Source: an uncultured Acidobacteriaceae bacterium
GTDB taxonomy: Bacteria > Acidobacteriota > Terriglobia > Terriglobales > Acidobacteriaceae
Direction of reading: 5' to 3'
Length of the DNA stretch: 64,000 nucleotides
Assembly: GCA_963697175.1 (NCBI GenBank)
Contig: CAVONC010000028.1
Span: 19,718-83,717 of the forward strand
Position 1 is the stretch's first letter; the number at the start of each line of letters is the position of its first letter. This document shows, piece after piece, positions 6,922-16,450 of the stretch. Both the position numbers and the translations under genes were made by a program. Below the pieces are notes generated by a model. That model searched no databases. It was not told where the DNA came from and saw only the letters and a list, made by a program, of their open reading frames with translations.

Positions 6922-8674
6922 ACTCCGCCACTGGCCACTGTTTCTTCATCGCCTTGCGAAATTCCTTCTCCGGCAGAGTATTCAGTACATCGGCCGGCGT
7001 CAGCCAAGCGCGCCGCGCCTGGAGAATTCCATACTTCACCTTCTCGAAGTGCGACGTATGGTGCGCATCGGTGTTGATCACAATCTTCACTCCACGCTCG
7101 CGCGCCATGCGCAGATGCACATCGTTCAAGTCGAGCCGATCAGGATAGGCATTCAGCTCCATCGCAACTTGATTCCTAAGCGCCGACTTCAGCACCGCAT
7201 CCATGTCGAAGCGATAAGCGTCGCGCCGCAACAGCAACCTTCCCGTTGGATGCCCCAGGATCGACACATTCTTGTCATCCAGCGCGCGCAGCAGGCGATC
7301 GGTCATCTGTTGTGGCTCCTGATTGAATGCCGAATGCACGCTGGCGACGACCACATCCAACTGCTCCAGCACCGAATCCGACAGGTCAAGCTCGCCATCG
7401 CTCAGAATGTCGACCTCAACTCCAGCCATGATGGTGATGCCGTCGATCTGCTTGTCCGCCGCACGAATGCGCGCCATGTGTTCAACCGCGCGCTTGTCGT
7501 CCAAGCCATTGGCGAAAGCGAGATTCTTCGAGTGATCGGTAATCGCGATGTACTTGTAGCCGCGCTCTTTCGCCGCCTCCGCCATCTCCTCGATGGTGCA
7601 CTTACCGTCGGTCTCAACGGTATGCATGTGAACTTCGCCGCGAAGGTCCTTCAGCGTGATCAGCCGGGGAAGCTTATGTTCAGCGGCTAAGTCGATCTCG
7701 CCGCAGTTCTCGCGCATCTCGGGAGGAATGCAGTCGAGCTTGAGCGCGCCGTAAATCTCGTCTTCAGTGGCTCCAGCGATACGCTTTTCATTGTCCAGCC
7801 GAAACAGCCCGTACTCACTGAGCGTATATCCCATCTTCAGCGCGCGCTGCCGCAGCGTCACGTTGTGGTTCTTCGATCCCGTGAAGTACTGCATTGCCGC
7901 GCCGTAGGATTCCGGCGGCAACAGGCGCACATCAACTTGCATGCCGCTGCGCAACTTGAAGCTGACCTTGTTATCGCCTTTCGCCAGCACTTGCGTAATC
8001 CCCGGGAAACGCAAAATCTCTTCGATCAGCTCAGCCCTTTTCTGATCGTCCAAGCAACACGGTCCGGTGATCAGCACATCGAGATCGCCAACGGTTTCGC
8101 GGCCGCGTCGCAGCGACCCGGCAGGCGTGATCTTCTCGATGCCCTTGATGTGCTTCAGATGTTCCGTCAGCTTCTCCGCCGTGCGGTCGGCTTCGTCCAG
8201 CAGAAAGCGTCCGGAGATGCGGCGATAGTCCTCGATCGCCTTCAAGATTTTCTGCTCGCTCTTTTCGCTCAGCCGCGGCAGCTCGCGCAGCTTGCCTTCG
8301 CGCGCCAGCTGTTCGACGCCGGCAAGGTCGCTCACCTGAAAGGCGCTCCAGATGAGCGCAATCGTCTTCGGCCCCAGTCCCTGAATCTTCAGCAGCTCCA
8401 ACATGCTGGGCCGATATTTCTGCAGCAGTTCCTGATGCAGTCCAAGCTTTCCGTCGCGGCATAGCTCCTGGATGTTGCCCGCCATTCCTTTTCCGATGCC
8501 GGGAATCTCCAACAACTTCTTGGGCTCGTCGGTGAGTCCGCAAACCTGTTGGTGATGCGCTTCCAGCGCCTCCGCGGCGCGACGGTAGGAGCGGATGCGA
8601 AAAGAGTCGTCGCCGTTGACCTCCATCAGGTCGGCGGTTTCGTACAGGACTTGCGCGATGGCCTTATTTTCCAA
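6920..8674 (-). CDS. polX: DNA polymerase/3'-5' exonuclease PolX (Pol-beta-like domain + PHP domain)
   Basis: 584 aa. The N-terminal region has HhH and nucleotidyltransferase features (GIGKGMAGNIQEL, GSLRRGRETVGDLDVLI). The C-terminal domain is PHP-type (VHMHTVETDG ... IVINTDAHH). Confidence 0.9.
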   Translation of the reverse strand: MENKAIAQVLYETADLMEVNGDDSFRIRSYRRAAEALEAHHQQVCGLTDEPKKLLEIPGIGKGMAGNIQELCRDGKLGLHQELLQKYRPSMLELLKIQGLGPKTIALIWSAFQVSDLAGVEQLAREGKLRELPRLSEKSEQKILKAIEDYRRISGRFLLDEADRTAEKLTEHLKHIKGIEKITPAGSLRRGRETVGDLDVLITGPCCLDDQKRAELIEEILRFPGITQVLAKGDNKVSFKLRSGMQVDVRLLPPESYGAAMQYFTGSKNHNVTLRQRALKMGYTLSEYGLFRLDNEKRIAGATEDEIYGALKLDCIPPEMRENCGEIDLAAEHKLPRLITLKDLRGEVHMHTVETDGKCTIEEMAEAAKERGYKYIAITDHSKNLAFANGLDDKRAVEHMARIRAADKQIDGITIMAGVEVDILSDGELDLSDSVLEQLDVVVASVHSAFNQEPQQMTDRLLRALDDKNVSILGHPTGRLLLRRDAYRFDMDAVLKSALRNQVAMELNAYPDRLDLNDVHLRMARERGVKIVINTDAHHTSHFEKVKYGILQARRAWLTPADVLNTLPEKEFRKAMKKQWPVAE

Positions 8675-8749
8675 GCGAAATACCCGAACGAAATTGTATC
8701 GCGATCCGATAAGGTAAGAATCTGAGGACTGGTGCCCTTCAGGGCATTG

Positions 8750-9562
8750 CTATCGCAACCGCTCGGGCGCCCAGAACAGCACCTTCAACTCGCGCGCGAA
8801 GTAGGCCAGGTCGGGCTGCGCGGGGAGTAGCAGTCCCGTGCCCTGCGTCATCGTGTTCTCTTCGAGATCGACGACCGCCTCCTGCAACTCCCATGGCAGG
8901 TGGTGAATCTCCCCGCGATAGAGGTGCTTTCGACTGACGGTGTAGAGGCAGTATCGCTCCGTCAGAAAGTGCTCGAGCGAGCCTGGCCGCGCCTGAAACC
9001 GCTCCCGGCTCGCCGGGCCATACAAACATTTCAGCTCCGCCGGCTTGGGGCCGTGCTGCCGCTTCGACAAATAATCGATCTTCGCCTCGCCCTTGCCTTT
9101 CACCTTCATCGACGCCTGCCAGTAGGGCAGCCGGTAGAACACGCGCGCGCCCCACACCGCCGACAAATTGCTGGCATCGAGGCTGAAGAAATATATGCCC
9201 GGCTTGCCGTCGTAGCTGACATAGGTGCGCACGTTGACCTCGGAGAAATGCGAGAACCACGGCAGCGAAGGCACACCCGGCGGACGCAGATGATTAATCC
9301 AGAACGGCGCAACCGTGATCCACGCGCGCTGTTCGTAGGTGTCGAGCGTCAGCACCTCGGGAACCACCGCTCGCACCACCTCCGGCGCCATCGCATAGTG
9401 CAGGAACAGCAGATCGTTCCAGCGCTGCGTCATGATCCAAGGCGCCATGGGCGCGGGCCATGGGCGATGAGCTGTAGCAAACAGAATGGAATCGGCGCCC
9501 ACCCACTGCGTGCGCACGTCATGATAAGACGGCGACGCGGGCTCGGGCGGCAATCGGCGCAA
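8750..9562 (-). CDS. DUF2071 family protein
   Basis: WNDLLFLHYAM ... WITVAPFWINHLRPPG ... FSEVNVRTYV ... PGIYFFSLDASN matches the DUF2071 pattern as I remember it. Confidence 0.7.
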   Translation of the reverse strand: MRRLPPEPASPSYHDVRTQWVGADSILFATAHRPWPAPMAPWIMTQRWNDLLFLHYAMAPEVVRAVVPEVLTLDTYEQRAWITVAPFWINHLRPPGVPSLPWFSHFSEVNVRTYVSYDGKPGIYFFSLDASNLSAVWGARVFYRLPYWQASMKVKGKGEAKIDYLSKRQHGPKPAELKCLYGPASRERFQARPGSLEHFLTERYCLYTVSRKHLYRGEIHHLPWELQEAVVDLEENTMTQGTGLLLPAQPDLAYFARELKVLFWAPERLR

Positions 9563-9564
9563 GG

Positions 9565-10404
9565 CTAGGGCTGCCCGGCAGCAGCGCTCGTCTGCAGCGA
9601 TGCCACGAGTGGTTGCGGTTCATACTGCCGGTGGAAGATATCGACGACCACCTTGCCGACGAAGCTGGCGCGGGCCGTGGTGTGCAGTTGTAACGGCAAA
9701 GTGTAGCCGCCAACGTCCGTGTAATCCTGCACAAACTCGATGTGCCGCAGGAAGAACGAAGGCGACTTGGCGATCGTCCCTTCCGAACGCACCAGCGTTC
9801 CCGCGCTCGAGTCGATGTAGACGTGGCCCTTGAACAGCCCGGCGCGCTTGTGATGCGGCTTTACCTGATAGACGTGGACATTGCGGCCGTTCAGCTCCTC
9901 ATCTCCTTTGTAAGAGAACTTGTAGTTTGCCGCAGTCAACGCGGTGCGCGAGGCATCGTCCTTGCTCACATAATCCACTTCCGATTGCAATATCCGCGTG
10001 ATCACGTTGCTCTTAACAAACGGATCGCCCGTGTAGCGAAGGGGCTTGAAGGTGAGCGAGTGAGGTGCCACGTAGGAGCTCTGCACCTCGAAGGCTCCGC
10101 GCTGCGAGCTGTCCAGCAGCTCAGCCATCACCAGCGTTTGATCGGTGTAGGACTGCAGCTCAGCTTTCTGCCACGGGCCTCGGCTCTCAAACGTCTGCAG
10201 CGCCAGTTCGGGAGCCATGATCAGCCTGACATTGTGCGAGAGCGGCAAGGATCCGGGGTTAGCAGCGCCGGGGACGTCCGATCCCGACGTCAATCCCATC
10301 CGTGGAGACAGCCCGCTAAATCCCGGCTGCGCTTGCTGACCGCTGGTTATCGCAGGAATGCACAGCAGCAGGGCTGCCAGCAGATAATTCCGTATCATTC
10401 GCAA
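9565..10404 (-). CDS. hypothetical secreted protein (possibly LolA-like lipoprotein-sorting fold)
   Basis: It has a signal peptide (MRMIRNYLLAALLLCIPAITSGQQ) and a beta-rich body. The stop lies 2 nt before the start of the DUF2071 gene, so the two are probably co-transcribed. The fold call is weak. Confidence 0.4.
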   Translation of the reverse strand: MRMIRNYLLAALLLCIPAITSGQQAQPGFSGLSPRMGLTSGSDVPGAANPGSLPLSHNVRLIMAPELALQTFESRGPWQKAELQSYTDQTLVMAELLDSSQRGAFEVQSSYVAPHSLTFKPLRYTGDPFVKSNVITRILQSEVDYVSKDDASRTALTAANYKFSYKGDEELNGRNVHVYQVKPHHKRAGLFKGHVYIDSSAGTLVRSEGTIAKSPSFFLRHIEFVQDYTDVGGYTLPLQLHTTARASFVGKVVVDIFHRQYEPQPLVASLQTSAAAGQP

Positions 10405-10528
10405 TATCGTCTCGTTATGAACTCTGGGAATAAGTACAAACTACCATCAATTTCAGCTCAGATTTTTCCGAGATTCCCACAGCCCGGTCGGTTGCCCGCC
10501 GGTGCCATACCGCATATGATTCACCGCA

Positions 10529-11251
10529 ATGTCATCCGGATACAAGCCTGGGACAAATAACGGCGAACCGCTCTCCCAAAATGACCTGAGCACCGACGTT
10601 TACGCCGTCCACGGCGCCGATCCCGAGGTGCAGGCCTATGGCATGGCTAAGTATTCGCGCTCGGCACTGTCCATGCGCGAGTCTTTGTCGGAAATCAATG
10701 ACCAGAAAGCCGAAAAGTTCCTCAACACCTTCTACTTCCAGTACGGCCATCGCAGCATCGCAGATCTCGCGCACATCGCCTTTGCCATCGAGCGCCTCTC
10801 GATTCTGGCGGCAACGGTCGCCGTCGACGAGCCGCGCTGGGATGGCCAGGAGCGATCGACCCGCTATCAGGATTTCCAGAAAAGCGGCTACTACGTTCCA
10901 GATTTTGGCGATGATGCGGCCGCGCGCGCCCTGTATCGGGAAACCATCGACCATCTCTTCTCCGAGTATCGCCACTTCTCCGAAGAGATGTTTGGCTATC
11001 TTCGCGAGCGCACACCCAAGCCCGCGGAGATGAAGCAGGAAACCTACGAGCGTACTCTGCGCGCCCGGGCGTTCGATATCTCTCGTTACCTTCTGCCCTT
11101 GGCGGCGAACACCTCTCTTGGTCAGATTGTCAGCGCGCGCACGTTGGAGAACCAGGTCTCGCGGCTGCTGTCGCACACCCACGCCGAAGTGCGCCGCCTC
11201 GGCGAGCTGTTGCGGCGTGCGGCTCAAGAGCCGGCGTATGACGTCGACTGA
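10529..11251 (+). CDS. ThyX-like protein, degenerate N-terminal Thy1 domain (possibly the 5' half of a fused tandem ThyX-like gene)
   Basis: YGHRSIADLAHIAFAIERLS ... GQERSTRYQDF follows the ThyX fold pattern, but the RHR motif is replaced by EPRWDG. The gene ends 14 nt after the ATG of the next ThyX-like ORF. Confidence 0.6.
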   Translation: MSSGYKPGTNNGEPLSQNDLSTDVYAVHGADPEVQAYGMAKYSRSALSMRESLSEINDQKAEKFLNTFYFQYGHRSIADLAHIAFAIERLSILAATVAVDEPRWDGQERSTRYQDFQKSGYYVPDFGDDAAARALYRETIDHLFSEYRHFSEEMFGYLRERTPKPAEMKQETYERTLRARAFDISRYLLPLAANTSLGQIVSARTLENQVSRLLSHTHAEVRRLGELLRRAAQEPAYDVD

Positions 11252-12182
11252 AGCGAAGGCGCGTGAGTTGCTCAAGAGTTTTGAAGGTGAAGGTGTCATC
11301 CCGAGCCAAGGCGGGTCGGTTTTGGCCGCTGAAGTCGGGGCCCTCTACGATAGTCTGCGCGACTTCCTGCTGCGCCCAGTGCGCGTAGCTCCCACGCTGA
11401 TGAAGTACGCCGAGCCGAATGCCTACGAGATCGAGACTCGGCGCGAACTGAGAGCGGCAGCCACGGAATTACTAGCGCCGATTGCGATTGGCGACGCGCC
11501 GACCGTGGATCTGCTGGACGACGATCCGCTGGAGATCGAACTGGCGGCCACGCTGCTTGTATCAACATTCGCACCATTCGTATCGCCAGATTCGCGAAGT
11601 CGTCAGCGGACTTTGCCCGAATCACGGCGTAACGAGATCATCGACCTCGGCCTGCGTCACCGCGGTCGCCATGACGAAGTCTTGCGGCCTTTCTGCGCCG
11701 GACAGCAGTTTCGCTTCGACATCCTGATGGATATCGGCGGCTTTCGCGATATGCATCGCCATCGCCGCTGCGTGCAGATCGTGCAGGATTACACCACGGC
11801 GCACGGACACGATATGCCGGTCGAGATCGAGTCCGCCGGCCTCGCTGATCGCTACCAATCTGCGTTGGAGCGCGCCAGACAAACTGCAACTCGACTCGCC
11901 AGCCGTTCGGTGAGCGAAGCCCTCGTTGGTCAGCCCGCGACTGAGACGGAAGCTCAGTCGCAATATGTCATCCCGCTGGCCTTCCGCAAACGCACCCTCT
12001 TCAAGATGGACTTTGCCGAGGCGCTTTATATCAGCGAACTGCGGACCGGCGCAGCCGGACACTTCTCCTATCGCAACGTGGCCTTCGCAATGTACGAAGC
12101 CGTGGCCCAGCGATATCCCGCGCTGGCAAAATACTTCCGTGTAACCGACGTACGCGAGCCGGTGGATTTACTGAAACGATAG
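11238..12182 (+). CDS. FAD-dependent thymidylate synthase ThyX-like protein (RHRR-containing domain)
   Basis: GGFRDMHRHRRCVQ carries the ThyX RHR signature. ATG 11238 overlaps the end of the previous ORF. The pair may be one gene split by a 1-nt indel. Confidence 0.6.
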   Translation: MTSTEAKARELLKSFEGEGVIPSQGGSVLAAEVGALYDSLRDFLLRPVRVAPTLMKYAEPNAYEIETRRELRAAATELLAPIAIGDAPTVDLLDDDPLEIELAATLLVSTFAPFVSPDSRSRQRTLPESRRNEIIDLGLRHRGRHDEVLRPFCAGQQFRFDILMDIGGFRDMHRHRRCVQIVQDYTTAHGHDMPVEIESAGLADRYQSALERARQTATRLASRSVSEALVGQPATETEAQSQYVIPLAFRKRTLFKMDFAEALYISELRTGAAGHFSYRNVAFAMYEAVAQRYPALAKYFRVTDVREPVDLLKR

Positions 12183-12205
12183 CCGGCAATGGAGCAATTC
12201 TGACA

Positions 12206-12730
12206 ATGAAATCTCGGAACATAACTGTCGTCGGGGTTGTCATGCTGTGCTTCAGCCTGACATCTGTTGCAGCTGCGCAGGCATCATCTCCGGCTCAAAC
12301 GCCTGGCAAAAAGGGGGCGATGGTGACGGGTCATGCAACCGGAACATTCGAGGTAAAGATGATTCCGCAGACCGCGGATGAGCAAGCACAGGCTGCGGGT
12401 ATCGGGCGGATGGCCTTCGACAAACAGTGGCACGGCGATCTTACTGGCACCAGCAAAGGCGAGATGTTGGCCTTTGGCACCGGCGCGAAGGGATCATCGG
12501 GTGCCTATGTCGCCATGGAGCAGTTCACCGGAACGCTGGCCGGCCATAGCGGCGGCTTCGTCCTGCAACAAGCGGGGACCATGACTCGTGGCGTGCCGAA
12601 ACTGACCATCAGCGTGGTCCCGGACTCGGGCACGGGACAACTGGTGGGCCTGACCGGCACGATGAATATCATCATCGCCGACGGAAAACATTCCTACGAC
12701 TTTGAGTACACGCTGCCCGAAAGCCATTGA
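12206..12730 (+). CDS. DUF3224 family secreted protein
   Basis: A signal peptide is followed by GTFEVKMIPQ...WHGDLTGTSKGEMLAF...YVAMEQFTGTLAGHSGGFVLQQAGTM...VVPDSGTGQLVGLTGTM...HSYDFEYTL. Confidence 0.65.
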   Translation: MKSRNITVVGVVMLCFSLTSVAAAQASSPAQTPGKKGAMVTGHATGTFEVKMIPQTADEQAQAAGIGRMAFDKQWHGDLTGTSKGEMLAFGTGAKGSSGAYVAMEQFTGTLAGHSGGFVLQQAGTMTRGVPKLTISVVPDSGTGQLVGLTGTMNIIIADGKHSYDFEYTLPESH

Positions 12731-12870
12731 AATCTAATGCGGCACGATCATAAATTTACTGAACGGTTAATATTGCTCAAGGAACCGCCGAACCGTGATG
12801 CTCGCGAAGGTCGCGCCAAACGCCGTCGAAACAGGGCATCCGTAACCGGCGTCACAAGCCAATGTGAGAC

Positions 12871-12892
12871 ACGAAAGTACATGTACTTTCGT
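12871..12892. promoter_or_regulatory. perfect 22-bp palindrome ACGAAAGTACATGTACTTTCGT upstream of recA (candidate operator or hairpin)
   Basis: The palindrome is perfect. It lies 230 nt upstream of the recA ATG and 141 nt downstream of the DUF3224 stop. No T-tract follows it. Confidence 0.4.
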
Positions 12893-13121
12893 TCCGGGAT
12901 GCTTCGCTATTTCTTCGCTTTTTGACGATAACTGGATGTATAATAGGCCGTCAGGATTCAGGCGCTCTTCACCCGCGAATCGCCCATTCCGAACCGCCAT
13001 TTGCGCGCCAAACCGGCGTGTAATGAGGACCCGAACGGCGCCTGCTCACTGACCCATCACAATTTACTTTTGCTTGCCCTCCCGCACCAAGCGGGGATGG
13101 AGCAGCCAAGGAGCGGCACTC

Positions 13122-14207
13122 ATGGCGGACGAGAAAACTGAAAAAGGCCGGGCAATCGACCTGGCTCTATCGCAAATCGAAAAGCAGTTTGGCAAAGGCT
13201 CCATCATGAAGTTGGGCAGCAAGGGAGCCGTGGTTCCCATCTCCGTGATCTCCACCGGTGCCATTTCCTTCGACGCGGCGCTGGGCGTCGGCGGCTTCCC
13301 GCGCGGTCGTGTGGTCGAGGTCTTCGGCCCGGAGTCGTCCGGCAAAACCACCATCGCGCTGCAAGTGATTGGTGAGGCGCAGAAGCAGGGTGGAATGGCA
13401 GCCTTCGTCGATGCCGAGCACGCCCTCGATCCCATCTACGCGGCCAAGCTGGGCGTGGATGTCGACAACCTGCTGGTCTCGCAGCCCGATTATGGCGAGC
13501 AGGCGTTGGAGATTGCCGAGGCGCTGGTCCGTTCGGGCGCAATCGACGTGCTCGTGGTCGACTCGGTCGCGGCGCTCGTCCCCAAGGCTGAGCTTGACGG
13601 CGAAATGGGCGACAGCCATGTCGGCCTGCAGGCGCGCCTCATGTCGCAGGCCTTGCGCAAACTCACCGGCATCGTTGCCAAGTCGAATACCTGTCTGGTC
13701 TTCATCAACCAGATTCGCGAAAAGATCGGCGTCATGTTCGGCAATCCCGAGACCACAACTGGCGGCCGCGCGCTGAAGTTTTACTCCTCGGTTCGCATCG
13801 ACATCCGCCGCATCGGCGCCATCAAGGACGGCGACCAGGTGGTCGGCTCGCGCACCCGCGTGAAGATCGTGAAGAACAAGGTCGCCGCTCCCTTCCGCGA
13901 GGCCGAGTTCGACATGATGTATGGCGAAGGCATCTCGCGCGAGGGCGACCTGATCGATCTGGCAGTGAACGCCAATCTGCTGGAGAAGTCGGGTTCGTGG
14001 TTCAGCTACAAGGGCGAACGCGTTGGCCAGGGACGCGAGAATGCCAAGACATTCCTGAAGGAGAACAAGGACATCGCTGCGAAGCTCGACGCCGAAGTAC
14101 GCAAGGCGCTGGGCTTAATATCAGTGGCCGACAAGGCACAAGCCGCGGTTGCCAATGCCGAGGCCGCGCCGGCTGCGCAGCCCAAAGGACCCGCCGGGCG
14201 CAAGTAA
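13122..14207 (+). CDS. recA: recombinase RecA
   Basis: The start is ATG 13122. It has [18 protein letters not shown], the Walker A motif GPESSGKTT, and [12 protein letters not shown]. Confidence 0.97.
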   Translation: MADEKTEKGRAIDLALSQIEKQFGKGSIMKLGSKGAVVPISVISTGAISFDAALGVGGFPRGRVVEVFGPESSGKTTIALQVIGEAQKQGGMAAFVDAEHALDPIYAAKLGVDVDNLLVSQPDYGEQALEIAEALVRSGAIDVLVVDSVAALVPKAELDGEMGDSHVGLQARLMSQALRKLTGIVAKSNTCLVFINQIREKIGVMFGNPETTTGGRALKFYSSVRIDIRRIGAIKDGDQVVGSRTRVKIVKNKVAAPFREAEFDMMYGEGISREGDLIDLAVNANLLEKSGSWFSYKGERVGQGRENAKTFLKENKDIAAKLDAEVRKALGLISVADKAQAAVANAEAAPAAQPKGPAGRK

Positions 14208-14365
14208 GCATTGTCCAGACCGATCCGGGGCGCGTTCGAGGCGCAGCCTTCGCTCTAGCCGTTCGCTGAAAACTCTGTGCAGTGCCTTGCTCGGGTAGTG
14301 CGGCGCTTCAGCGCCGCGTTCAACTGCTTTATTCTTGTCATCCCGACGAGGACTTTAGTGTCTGC

Positions 14366-14503
14366 GTGAGAACTGAGTTTACAAAATCGTGGTGGAACGT
14401 CGCGAACGTTAGCCACCCAACCAGCGCCTCGGGCGCGAAATAGGAAAGCCCAGCGCTTCAGCGCTAGGTGAGTGGTCAGTCCCCGGGACGACAGGGTTCT
14501 CAC
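14366..14503 (+). mobile_element. MITE-like element with GTGAGAAC...GTTCTCAC termini (copy 2)
   Basis: Same family and orientation as 4785..4939. It lies in the recA-coaD intergenic region. Confidence 0.7.
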
Positions 14504-14687
14504 GCTTTAGTCCGAGGAGGGATCTGCGGTTCCGATTTTTCAGCTACTGTTTGCCCCACGCTTCGAATTGCGACCCTGATTTCCACAAAACTGTTTCGCT
14601 TCAATCACCGATTCAGCTGGATTCCCGATTGCCTGCCAAACCTCTGCCAGAATAAAATCATCGCGTAAATTCCCGCTCCGAGGGCCC

Positions 14688-15209
14688 TTGAAAAATATCG
14701 TCGCCATTTACCCCGGGTCGTTCGATCCGGTTACGAACGGCCATCTCGACCTCATCCGCCGGGGAGCCAAACTCTTCGATAAACTGATCGTGTCCATTGC
14801 GCGGAATCTCGATAAGGGAGAGCCGCTCTTTTCGTTACCGGAGCGCAAAGAGATGCTGATGGCCATGACCTCGGACATCGACAACGTTTCCATCGATACC
14901 TTCGAGGGCCTGCTGGTCAGCTATTGCGTCCAGCACAACGCCAACGCCGTGTTGCGCGGCATCCGCGCCATCAGCGACTACGAATTCGAGTTGCAGATGG
15001 CGCTCATGAATCGCAAGATGGAACCGCGCGTGGAAACCATCTTTATGATGCCGGCGGAACAGTATTCTTACCTCAGCTCACGCATTGTGCGTGAGATTGC
15101 TAAACTCGGTGGGCCGTTAACCGGCCTGGTGCCGGAAATGGTCGAAGAGAAAGTGCGCCAGCGAATTGCCCAGAGACATATTTCAGCGACAGGCAAACAT
15201 CTTTTATGA
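14688..15209 (+). CDS. coaD: phosphopantetheine adenylyltransferase
   Basis: TTG start. It has AIYPGSFDPVTNGHLDLI and RGIRAISDYEFELQMALMNR, and the 173-aa length is typical. Confidence 0.93.
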   Translation: MKNIVAIYPGSFDPVTNGHLDLIRRGAKLFDKLIVSIARNLDKGEPLFSLPERKEMLMAMTSDIDNVSIDTFEGLLVSYCVQHNANAVLRGIRAISDYEFELQMALMNRKMEPRVETIFMMPAEQYSYLSSRIVREIAKLGGPLTGLVPEMVEEKVRQRIAQRHISATGKHLL

Positions 15210-15219
15210 AGGGGAAACC

Positions 15220-16422
15220 ATGACGACTGCCGGAACCCAGCTTTCTTCGTTCCTGACCAATCGCATTCAACGCATCGAAGTTTCCGCCACCATGGCGGTG
15301 GCCGGCGAAGCTGAAAAGCTGCGCGCCACGGGCGCTGACTTGGTCGATCTGGGCGCGGGCGAGCCGCATTACCCCACGCCGGAGCACATCAAGGAAGCCG
15401 GAATCGCAGCCATCCGCGCGGATTTCACGAAATACACAGCGGTGGCCGGCACGGCGGAATTACGCGATGCGATCGTCAAGCGGCATGCGACCGACTTCGG
15501 CTCCGACTACAAGCGCGAAGACTGCATTGCCGCGGTCGGCGGCAAACATGCGCTGTTCAACGCCATCCAGGTGCTGGTCGATCATGGCGACGAAGTCATC
15601 ATTCCGGTGCCGTACTGGGTGTCGTTCAAGGACATCGTGCGCTATGCCGGCGGCGAGCCGGTGTACATCGCCACCGACGAGCGGCACGATTTCGCGCTGA
15701 CCGCCGACATGGTGGAGCGCGCGATCACTCCGCACACCAAGGTCATCATCTCTGAATTCGCCCAACAACCCCTCCGGCGCGGTGATGAATCCCGACGATA
15801 TGGCCGAGGTGCTCCGCCTGGCGCATGATCGCGGCATCTATGTCGTCTCCGATGAGTGTTATGTCTACCTGAACCACACCGGCAAAAAGTTTTCGGCAGG
15901 CTGCGTTCACGAAGTGCGCGAGCGGCTGATCATCATCGGCTCGCTCTCGAAGACGTATGCCATGACCGGCTGGCGGCTCGGCTATGCGCTCGGGCCGGCG
16001 CCCATCATCAGCGCGATGAACAAGCTCCAGAGCCAGAGCACGTCGAATCCCACGTCGATCGTGCAGAAGGCAGCGGTGGCAGCGTTGAACGGCCCGCAGG
16101 ATTGCGTTCAACAGATGCTGACCGGCTACATCGCGCTACGCGATCAGATCGTCAATGGACTGCGTTCGATTCCCGGCATCACCTGCGCGGCCCCAAACGG
16201 CGCGTTCTATGCCTATCCCAACGTCAGCCATTACTTCGAGCGCGGCGGGCTGAACTCCGCCTCCGATGTAGCGCGCAAGCTGTTGCATCAGGCTCATGTC
16301 GTCGTGGTTCCGGGTGAAGGATTCGGCACGCAGGATCACGTACGGCATTTCGTATGCAACGTCGCCGTGAAAACTTGCAGCGTGGCATCGAACGGATGGC
16401 GCGATTCTTCGCCAGCGTGTAA
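15220..16422 (+). pseudogene. aspartate/aromatic aminotransferase (class I PLP enzyme), three apparent +1 frame shifts
   Basis: The N-terminus (ATG 15220) reads ...LGAGEPHYPTPEHI.... NSPNNPSGAV and SLSKTYAMTGWRLGY are in the next frame (from about 15755). ISYATS is in the third frame (16347). ENLQRGIERMARFFASV-stop is back in the starting frame and ends at TAA 16420-16422. Confidence 0.85.
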
Positions 16423-16450
16423 CCGATGCGCCCAACTCTATCCATTCCTG

